From NCBI GenBank assembly GCA_035550055.1, contig DASZRO010000120.1, positions 2,890-66,889 of the forward strand: a stretch of 64,000 nucleotides of DNA. The letters run 5' to 3'. Of the stretch, positions 56,899 to 64,000 are shown piece after piece. A program made the position numbers and the translations under genes. How positions within the stretch are numbered: the first letter of the stretch is position 1; each line of letters opens with the position of its first letter. The notes beneath the pieces were generated by a model. It was not told the origin of the DNA. It did not search any database and worked only from the letters and a program-made list of their open reading frames with translations. The DNA is from Mycobacteriales bacterium. GTDB lineage: Bacteria; Actinomycetota; Actinomycetes; JAFAQI01.

Positions 56899-58070
56899 TC
56901 AGCGACGGCGAACGCGCGGCGCGAGCGCTGCTCTTGCGCGCCGCGGAGCCGGGCTGCCGACCGCTGCTTCGCCATGTGGGCGCAGTCGGCCCCGAGACCG
57001 CGGTCGCCGACATCAGGCGCGGCCTGCGGTTCGGCGACGGTGACGTGGCGGGCTACGCCTCCCGCATCGCCGGTGTCGACGCTGACCAGGAGCTGGCGGC
57101 CGCGGCCAACCTGGGCGCCCGGCTGGTCTGCCCGGGCGACGAGGAGTGGCCCATCGGCCTCGACGACCTGGCGGGGCTCGGCGCGGAGTGCCTCGGGCTG
57201 TGGGTGCGCGGTGGCGGGTCGCTGGCCGATCTGTGTGACCGTGCCGTCGCGATCGTCGGCACGCGGGCGCCGACCGACTACGGCGTCGGCATCGCCCGGT
57301 CGCTGGCCGCCGGCCTGGCCGAGCACGGGTGGACCGTCGTGTCCGGGCTCGCGCTGGGCATCGACGCCGCCGCCCACCGCGGCGCGCTGGCGGCCGGCGG
57401 GACCACGGTCGGCGTGCTCGCCTGCGGCGTCGACGTCGTCTACCCGAAAGCACACCATGAGCTGGCGCAGGCCTGCGTCACAGCCGGTGCACTGGTCAGC
57501 GAGCAACCACTCGGCTCGGCGCCGCACCGCGCGAGGTTCCTCGTCCGCAACCGGCTGATCGCCGCGTTGTCGGCGGGGACGGTCGTGGTCGAAGCCGCAC
57601 CGCGAAGCGGTGCGCGCTCGACCGCCCGGCATGCCGGAGAGCTGTTCCGCCACGTCATGGCGGTGCCCGGTCCGGTCACCGCGGTCACCTCGGCCGGCTG
57701 TCACCAGCTGCTGCGCGACCGCCCGGACACCGTGCTGGTCACGAAGGTCGACGAGATCCTCGAGCAGGTCGGCCCGCTCGGCCAGTTCGCCGAGCGGGTC
57801 AGCGGGCCGGTCCGGCGCCGGGACCTGCTCGGCCCCGTGGTGAGCCGGGTGTTCGAAGCGGTTCCCGTGACGCGGGCCGCACCCACCGAGCGGATAGCCG
57901 CCGTCGCCGGCCTGCGGGTGGAGGCGGTCGCGGCGGCGCTGGCGGCGCTGGCGGTCGCAGGCCTCACGGTGGAGTCCGCGGCCGGCTGGCGGATGACCTC
58001 GCTCGGTCGCGACGAGCGGTTCGCCGACGCCGCGGGAGGGGTGCACGAGCTGCCACTCGGGTGGTGGTGA
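56895..58070 (+). CDS. dprA: DNA-processing protein DprA
   Basis: It has the Rossmann-like DprA domain (AIVGTRAPTDYG...SGLALGIDAAAHRGAL) and a C-terminal winged-helix. The ATG overlaps the yifB stop. Confidence 0.9.
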   Translation: MISDGERAARALLLRAAEPGCRPLLRHVGAVGPETAVADIRRGLRFGDGDVAGYASRIAGVDADQELAAAANLGARLVCPGDEEWPIGLDDLAGLGAECLGLWVRGGGSLADLCDRAVAIVGTRAPTDYGVGIARSLAAGLAEHGWTVVSGLALGIDAAAHRGALAAGGTTVGVLACGVDVVYPKAHHELAQACVTAGALVSEQPLGSAPHRARFLVRNRLIAALSAGTVVVEAAPRSGARSTARHAGELFRHVMAVPGPVTAVTSAGCHQLLRDRPDTVLVTKVDEILEQVGPLGQFAERVSGPVRRRDLLGPVVSRVFEAVPVTRAAPTERIAAVAGLRVEAVAAALAALAVAGLTVESAAGWRMTSLGRDERFADAAGGVHELPLGWW

Positions 58071-58115
58071 GCGTGGCGACTTGACGCGCGGGGACGACAG
58101 GCACAGCGTGAGGCC

Positions 58116-59054
58116 GTGTCACGCGGCGCTGAGGCGGTCGAGGAGTGCGAGCTCGCCGGTGAGCTCGCCGACGCCCGTGCCCGCTATCTCGAGCACCTGA
58201 CCTTCGAGCGCGGTCTCTCGCCGCACACCGTGCGCGCCTACGCCGTCGATCTCGACAGCCTGCTCCGCCACGCCGGTCGCATGCGGTGCCAGACCGTTGC
58301 GGCGATCGACGTCGGCGTGCTCCGGTCCTGGCTCGCGCAGCTGCACACCATGGGCAAGAGCCGCGCGACCCTCGCGCGGCGGGCGTCGTCGGCGCGGATG
58401 TTCACCGCTTGGGCCTGCCGGGACGGGTTGGCCGACGTCGACGCGGGCGCTCGGCTGGCCACCCCGCGAGCCGCCCGCAAGCTGCCCGAAGTGTTGCGGG
58501 TCGACCAGGCCGCCGAGGTCATGTCGGCGGCCGGTGAGGACCGCTCGCCCGTCGGGCTGCGTGACGCGGCGATCGTCGAGCTGCTCTACGCCACCGGTGC
58601 CCGGGTGAGCGAGCTGTGCGGCGCCGACATCGACGATTGGGACCGCGACCGGCAGACCTTGCGCGTGTTCGGCAAGGGCGCGAAGGAACGGACCGTGCCG
58701 CTGGGGGTTCCCGCCGCCCGGGCGGTCGCTGCTTGGCTGTCGGCGGGCCGTCCCGCGCTTGCCGACGCCGACAGCCCGCCGGCGCTGTTGCTCGGCGTTC
58801 GTGGCGGCAGGCTCGATCCGCGCACCGCTCGCCGCGTGGTGCATCAGCGCGTCGGCGCGGTGGCCGGGCTGGCCGATCTCGGGCCGCACGGCCTGCGCCA
58901 CACCGCCGCGACGCATCTGCTGGAAGGTGGCGCTGACCTGAGAAGCGTTCAGGAGCTGCTCGGTCACGCTACGCTCGCAACGACTCAGATCTATACCCAC
59001 GTGTCGATCGAACGGCTGAGAAGGACTTATGAGTCCGCGCACCCCAGAGCGTGA
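58116..59054 (+). CDS. xerC: Tyrosine recombinase XerC
   Basis: It has the R..H..R..Y catalytic set (ATGARVSE..., [39 protein letters not shown]). Confidence 0.9.
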   Translation: MSRGAEAVEECELAGELADARARYLEHLTFERGLSPHTVRAYAVDLDSLLRHAGRMRCQTVAAIDVGVLRSWLAQLHTMGKSRATLARRASSARMFTAWACRDGLADVDAGARLATPRAARKLPEVLRVDQAAEVMSAAGEDRSPVGLRDAAIVELLYATGARVSELCGADIDDWDRDRQTLRVFGKGAKERTVPLGVPAARAVAAWLSAGRPALADADSPPALLLGVRGGRLDPRTARRVVHQRVGAVAGLADLGPHGLRHTAATHLLEGGADLRSVQELLGHATLATTQIYTHVSIERLRRTYESAHPRA

Positions 59055-59865
59055 CAAGATCGCGCTCGAGGACGACGAGGCGAAGCAGGACGCGCCGGCC
59101 GTCGACGCAGCGCTGGCCGAGCTCTGGCGTGACTTCAAGGCCACCGGCGACCAGGCGTTGCGGGAACGGCTGATCCTGCACTACTCGCCGCTGGTGAAGT
59201 ACGTCGCGGGCCGGGTCGGGGTGGGCCTGCCGCCGAACATCGAACAAGCCGACCTGGTGTCCTACGGCATCTTCGGCCTCATCGACGCGATCGAGAAGTT
59301 CGACATCAGCCGAGCCATCAAGTTCGAGACCTACGCGATCAGCCGGATCAAGGGCGCGATCATCGACGAGCTGCGGGCGATCGACTGGATCCCGCGCTCG
59401 GTCCGCTACAAGGCACGCGAGGTGGAGAAGGCCTACGCCGCGCTCGAGTCGCGGCTGCACCGCACGCCCACCGAGGCCGAGGTCGCCGGGGAGCTCGGGA
59501 TCGCCCTCGACGAGCTGCACGCGATCTTCTCGCAGGTGTCCTTCGTCAACGTGATCGCGCTCGACGAGCTGCTCAACGTCGGTGGCGAGCGCGGCGACAA
59601 GCTCTCGCTGGTCGACACCCTGGAAGACACCAAGGCCGAGGACCCGGTGGCGGTCTTCGAGACCGAGGAGACGAAGTATCTCCTCGCGCGAGCCATCAAC
59701 ACGCTGCCCGAGCGCGAGAAGATCGTGGTGACGCTGTACTACTACGAAGGTCTCACCCTCGCCGAGATCGGCCAGGTGCTCGGCGTGACGGAGAGCCGGA
59801 TCTGCCAGATGCACACAAAAGCGGTGCTGCAGCTGCGCGGAAAGCTCTCCGAGCCCAAGGACTGA
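59029..59865 (+). CDS. whiG: FliA/WhiG-family RNA polymerase sigma factor
   Basis: It has regions 2-4 ([15 protein letters not shown], ...[18 protein letters not shown]..., helix-turn-helix [19 protein letters not shown]). The GAAGGA RBS lies 6 nt before the ATG. It overlaps the xerC 3' end by 26 nt. Confidence 0.88.
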   Translation: MSPRTPERDKIALEDDEAKQDAPAVDAALAELWRDFKATGDQALRERLILHYSPLVKYVAGRVGVGLPPNIEQADLVSYGIFGLIDAIEKFDISRAIKFETYAISRIKGAIIDELRAIDWIPRSVRYKAREVEKAYAALESRLHRTPTEAEVAGELGIALDELHAIFSQVSFVNVIALDELLNVGGERGDKLSLVDTLEDTKAEDPVAVFETEETKYLLARAINTLPEREKIVVTLYYYEGLTLAEIGQVLGVTESRICQMHTKAVLQLRGKLSEPKD

Positions 59866-59874
59866 GCGGTCGCG

Positions 59875-60408
59875 TCAGCTCGCCGCGCTGTCGGGCAGCG
59901 GCAGCAGGCGAACCTGTTCCAGCCCGAGCAAAGCGAGCGGGTCGAGGTAGTCCTCGCCGCGTAGCAAGCCCCAATGCAGGCACGCCCGTGGTGCGCAGTG
60001 CGAGCCGGCGGCGGTCAGCGTGCCGAGAACCGTGCCGACGCTGACGCGCTGCCCCTCGCGCACCGCGACGTGCAGTGGCTGGTAGGTGGTTCGGATCGCG
60101 CCATCCGTCACGCTCACCACGCCGATGCCGGCGATCGACCCGGCGAAGCTGACGATGCCACCGGTCGCCGCGTGGACGGCCTGTCCGGCCTGTCCGGCCA
60201 GGTCGACACCGCGGTTGCCGGCCAGCCAGGGCTCGGCAGGCGGATCGAAGCCATCTGCCACGCGGTCCGGGCCTGGCAGCAGCGGCCAGCCGGCGCCCGC
60301 CGCGGGCGTTGCGGACGGCTGGGGGGCCGGAGCGGACGCAACGGGCGCCGCGAGGGCGGTGATGCCGGTCATGAGCACGGGTACGACGGTGAGGCCGAGT
60401 CGGGTCAT
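59875..60408 (-). CDS. Secreted M23-family peptidase
   Basis: It has a signal peptide and the M23 motifs HRGVDLAG and HLHWGL-like (HCAPRACLHWGLLRGEDYLDPL). The track ORF is trimmed to the ATG at 60406-60408. Confidence 0.8.
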   Translation of the reverse strand: MTRLGLTVVPVLMTGITALAAPVASAPAPQPSATPAAGAGWPLLPGPDRVADGFDPPAEPWLAGNRGVDLAGQAGQAVHAATGGIVSFAGSIAGIGVVSVTDGAIRTTYQPLHVAVREGQRVSVGTVLGTLTAAGSHCAPRACLHWGLLRGEDYLDPLALLGLEQVRLLPLPDSAAS

Positions 60409-60689
60409 CCGGCGATCGAAGCGCCGGGTCGACGAGGCGGTTGACCGGCGCACAGATCTGTGGACGACGGTCGGGGGCGAATCGACGTAGACTTTGCGCA
60501 GCGGTTCGCGCAAGCGAGCCGACTTCGCATGCCGTCAACCGTCGCTGTGCTGGGCGGGGCGCGTCGTACGGTCCCTTGGGTTGAGTCAGCGCAAGGGTTC
60601 GGCGCGGCGACGGCATCAGGCGCGGCGGTCACAAGGGCAGTCGCGGGAAACCGAGCGTGGGCGCAGCCTGCGCGAGAGGAGAACCACCC

Positions 60690-61541
60690 ATGGCCGTCGT
60701 CACGATGCGCCAGCTGCTCGAAAGCGGCGTCCACTTCGGGCACCAGACCCGGCGCTGGAACCCGAAGATGAAGCGCTTCATCTTCACCGAGCGCAACGGC
60801 ATCTACATCATCGACCTGCAGCAGTCGCTGTCCTACATCGACCGCGCGTACGACTTCGTCAAGCAGACCGTCGCTCACGGTGGAACCGTGATGTTCGTCG
60901 GCACCAAGAAGCAGGGCCAGGACGCCATCGCCGAGCAGGCGACCCGGGTCGGCATGCCCTACGTGAACCAGCGCTGGCTGGGGGGCATGCTCACCAACTT
61001 CTCGACCGTGCACCGTCGTCTCCAGCGCCTCAAGGAGCTCGAGGTCATCGAGGCGACCGGTGGCGCGAACGTCACCACCAAGAAGGAAGCCCTGACCCTC
61101 TCGCGCGAGCGCGAGAAGCTCGCCCGCACTCTGGGCGGGATCCGCGACATGTCCAAGGTGCCGAGCGCGATCTGGGTCGTCGACACCAACAAGGAGCACA
61201 TCGCGGTCGCCGAGGCACGCAAGCTCGGCATCCCGGTCGTGGCCGTGCTCGACAGCAACTGCGACCCCGACGTGGTCGACTACCCGATTCCGGGCAACGA
61301 CGACGCGATCCGTTCGGTGGCGACGCTCACCCGGGTCATCGCCGACGCGGTCGCCGAAGGGCTGATCGCCCGGGCCGGCGCGGCCGAGTCCGACGAGACG
61401 CCGGAGCCCGGCACGCTGGGCGCCGACGAGCCGCTTGCCGACTGGGAGCGCGAACTGCTCGAGGGCGCGAACGCGGCAGCGGCGGCACCCGCCGCCGAGG
61501 CCGCACCGGCCGATGCGGCCCCCACCACCGAGACCGAGTAG
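60690..61541 (+). CDS. rpsB: 30S ribosomal protein S2
   Basis: [22 protein letters not shown]... with an acidic C-terminal extension. GAGGAG RBS. Confidence 0.95.
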   Translation: MAVVTMRQLLESGVHFGHQTRRWNPKMKRFIFTERNGIYIIDLQQSLSYIDRAYDFVKQTVAHGGTVMFVGTKKQGQDAIAEQATRVGMPYVNQRWLGGMLTNFSTVHRRLQRLKELEVIEATGGANVTTKKEALTLSREREKLARTLGGIRDMSKVPSAIWVVDTNKEHIAVAEARKLGIPVVAVLDSNCDPDVVDYPIPGNDDAIRSVATLTRVIADAVAEGLIARAGAAESDETPEPGTLGADEPLADWERELLEGANAAAAAPAAEAAPADAAPTTETE

Positions 61542-61554
61542 GGACGAGAACGAG

Positions 61555-62370
61555 ATGGCGGTCAGCGCTGCTGACGTGAAGAAGCTCCGCGACGCGACGG
61601 GCGCGGGGATGATGGACTGCAAGAAGGCGCTCGAAGAGGCCGGGGGCGACTTCGACAAGGCCGTCGAGGTGCTGCGCGTGAAGGGTGCCGCGAAGGCGGC
61701 GAAGCGCAGCGGCGAGCGCGAGGCCACGAACGGTCTGGTCGCCGCGGCTGACGGCGCCATGATCGCGCTGGCCAGCGAGACCGACTTCGTGGCCAAGAAC
61801 GAGGAGTTCCAGAGCCTCGCCGCCGACATCGTCGCGCTTGCGGCGAGCACCCACCCGGCGAACGCCGAGGCGCTGGCCCAGGCCACGCTGGCCGACGGTC
61901 GTACGGTGGAGCAAGCGATCGAGCAGACCTCGGCCGTGATCGGCGAGAAGCTGGCGCTGGGCGACGTCGCGGTGTTCGACGGCAAGACCACGACGTACCT
62001 GCACAAGCGGGCGACCGACCTGCCGCCGCAGATCGGCGTCCTCGTCGAGTTCGAAGGCGAGGACGCGGAGACCGCGCGCGGGGTCGCGATGCAGATCGCG
62101 ACCTACAACCCGCCGTTCCTCACCCGGGACGACGTCCCCGAGGACACCGTCGCCAGCGAGCGCCGGATCGCCGAAGCCACGGCGCGCGAGGAGGGCAAGC
62201 CCGAGCAGGCGCTGCCCAAGATCGTCGAAGGCCGCCTCACCGGCTTCTTCAAGGACAACGTCCTGCTCGACCAGGCCTACGTCCGCGACAACAAGAAGTC
62301 GGTGCAGGCCGTGCTCGACGAAGCCGGCGTGAAGATCGTCAGGTTCGCCCGGTTCGCGGTGGGCGCCTGA
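61555..62370 (+). CDS. tsf: Elongation factor Ts
   Basis: [19 protein letters not shown] (UBA-like) and the EF-Ts core. Confidence 0.95.
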   Translation: MAVSAADVKKLRDATGAGMMDCKKALEEAGGDFDKAVEVLRVKGAAKAAKRSGEREATNGLVAAADGAMIALASETDFVAKNEEFQSLAADIVALAASTHPANAEALAQATLADGRTVEQAIEQTSAVIGEKLALGDVAVFDGKTTTYLHKRATDLPPQIGVLVEFEGEDAETARGVAMQIATYNPPFLTRDDVPEDTVASERRIAEATAREEGKPEQALPKIVEGRLTGFFKDNVLLDQAYVRDNKKSVQAVLDEAGVKIVRFARFAVGA

Positions 62371-62373
62371 CCC

Positions 62374-63120
62374 ATGGCGGCGCCGCCGGCGAAGTGGGGC
62401 CGCGTCCTGCTCAAGCTGGGCGGGGAGATGTTCGGCGGGGGTTCGGTCGGCGTCGACCCTGACGTCGTACAGGACGTCGCGCGCCAGATCCGCGACGTCG
62501 TCGTCAGCGGCGTGCAGGTGGCCGTCGTCATCGGCGGCGGCAACTTCTTCCGTGGCCAGGAGCTCTCCGAACGCGGGATGGACCGCGGTCGGGCCGACTA
62601 CATGGGCATGCTCGGCACGGTCCTGAACTGCCTCGCGCTCCAGGACTTCCTGGAGAAGCAGGGCGTGGAGACCCGGGTCCAGACCGCCATCACGATGGGC
62701 CAGGTCGCGGAGCCCTACGTGCCGCGTCGCGCCATGCGCCATCTCGAGAAGGGCCGCGTCGTGATCTTCGGCGCAGGTCTCGGTGCACCGTTCTTCTCCA
62801 CCGACACCACGGCAGCACAACGCGCGCTCGAGATCAACGCCGAGGTGCTGCTGATGGCCAAGGCAGTCGACGGGGTGTACGACGACGACCCTCGCACCAA
62901 CCCGGCCGCGAAGCGGTTCGAGCACATCACCTACGGCGACGTCCTCGCTCGCGAGCTCAAGGTCGCCGACCTGACCGCATTCACCCTCTGCATGGACAAC
63001 CGGCTGCCGATCGTCGTGTTCAACCTGCTCGTCGACGGCAACATCGCTCGTGCCGTCCGTGGTGAGACGATCGGGACCCTGGTGGATGCAGTGCCGGAGA
63101 GGGCGGACGAAGCGACGTGA
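62374..63120 (+). CDS. pyrH: UMP kinase
   Basis: [13 protein letters not shown]... and the [11 protein letters not shown] amino-acid kinase fold. Confidence 0.94.
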   Translation: MAAPPAKWGRVLLKLGGEMFGGGSVGVDPDVVQDVARQIRDVVVSGVQVAVVIGGGNFFRGQELSERGMDRGRADYMGMLGTVLNCLALQDFLEKQGVETRVQTAITMGQVAEPYVPRRAMRHLEKGRVVIFGAGLGAPFFSTDTTAAQRALEINAEVLLMAKAVDGVYDDDPRTNPAAKRFEHITYGDVLARELKVADLTAFTLCMDNRLPIVVFNLLVDGNIARAVRGETIGTLVDAVPERADEAT

Positions 63121-63674
63121 TCGAAGAGACGATGTTCGAGGCCGAGGAGAAGATGGAGAAGGCCGTCGCGGTCTTCCACGACGACCTCGCAACGGTGCGC
63201 ACCGGACGGGCGACGCCGCAGATGTTCTCCAAGATCATCGTCGACTACTACGGCACCCCGACGCCGGTGAACCAGCTCGCCTCGTTCAACGTTCCGGAGC
63301 CGCGGATGGCGGTCATCTCGCCGTACGACAAGGGGTCACTGGCCGCGATCGAGAAGGCGATCAGGGACAGCGATCTCGGTGTCAACCCGACCAGCGACGG
63401 CACGATCATCCGGGTGGTGTTCCCGCAGCTGACCGAGGAGCGCCGCCGGGACCTGATCAAGGTCGCGCGCGGCAAGGCCGAGGACAGCCGGGTGTCGATC
63501 CGCAACATTCGCCGTCACGCGAAAGAGACGCTCGACAAGCTGAGCAAGGACGGCGAAGCCGGCGAGGACGACGTGGCGCGCGCCGAGAAGGAGCTCGAGA
63601 AGACCACCCACACCTACGTCGAGCAGGTCGACCAGGCGCTCGCGGTCAAGGAAGCAGAGCTGCTCGAGGTCTGA
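63117..63674 (+). CDS. frr: Ribosome recycling factor
   Basis: ...[36 protein letters not shown]... The GTG overlaps the pyrH stop. Confidence 0.94.
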   Translation: MIEETMFEAEEKMEKAVAVFHDDLATVRTGRATPQMFSKIIVDYYGTPTPVNQLASFNVPEPRMAVISPYDKGSLAAIEKAIRDSDLGVNPTSDGTIIRVVFPQLTEERRRDLIKVARGKAEDSRVSIRNIRRHAKETLDKLSKDGEAGEDDVARAEKELEKTTHTYVEQVDQALAVKEAELLEV

Positions 63675-63709
63675 CCGGCGCTACCGCCGTCAGCCTCCTG
63701 GCAGACCAC

Positions 63710-64000
63710 GATGAGCAACGAGGAACCTTCGCGGGCGGGCCGAAACGTCCCGGTCGCCGTCGGCGTCGGGCTCGGACTCGGCGCACTCGTGCTGACGACG
63801 CTCTACCTCTACCGTCCGGCGTTCCTCGCGGTGGTGGTGCTCGCGATCGGGATGGGCATGTACGAGCTCACCAGGGCGCTCGGCGCCAAGGACATGCATC
63901 CACCGTTGATCCCGCTGGTGGTCGGCTCCACCGCCATCCTCTGCGTGTCCTATGCGGTCGGGCGCCAGGCGATGACGACCGCGTTCCTGCTGACCGTCGC
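63710..64000 (+). CDS. cdsA: Phosphatidate cytidylyltransferase, N-terminal part only (continues beyond the window)
   Basis: Hydrophobic N-terminus. Conserved position after frr. Confidence 0.8.

Overview
This is a high-GC (about 70%+) actinobacterial chromosomal window. The gene order follows the Streptomyces-type conserved core, so most of the window is housekeeping backbone. The backbone runs leuB-ilvE-purT-cimA/leuA-like ... gltX-tRNAGln-tRNAGlu ... ndgR/ltbR-leuCD-hupB, then cofC-plsC-gpsA ... ddl-thiL-thiD ... recG-rsmD-coaD ... rnc-fpg-smc-ftsY, then amt-glnK-amt-glnD, ffh, rpsP-rimM-trmD-rplS-lepB-rnhB, yraN-yifB-dprA-xerC-whiG and rpsB-tsf-pyrH-frr-cdsA. Many neighbouring genes are translationally coupled through ATGA or GTGA overlaps.

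The clearly accessory content is as follows:
1. At the 5' end (1-2891, minus strand) there is a tight four-gene operon of exported proteins. It holds two small paralogous secreted proteins, a membrane-anchored protein and a giant protein with Ig-like tandem repeats. All three secreted proteins carry the same conserved mature N-terminus, AXA|[YF][WF]-T-x-T-G. This looks like a TasA/SipW-type surface-fibre or pilus module. An orphan OmpR-family response regulator sits immediately upstream. This is my best candidate for an undescribed system.
2. Next to tRNA-Glu there is a small islet: an HNH endonuclease plus an alpha/beta-hydrolase fused to a class III nucleotide cyclase (LipJ-like). The cyclase gene is bracketed by 58-bp direct repeats, and the right-hand repeat is the 3' end of the IclR regulator gene.
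3. There are duplicated ammonium transporters flanking glnK, with a hairpin at the second amt start.
4. A FadD plus SDR-like pair is inserted between glnD and ffh.

I found no CRISPR array, no rRNA and no recognisable transposase. All calls are from reading the sequence and the ORF track by eye. No database searches were run.
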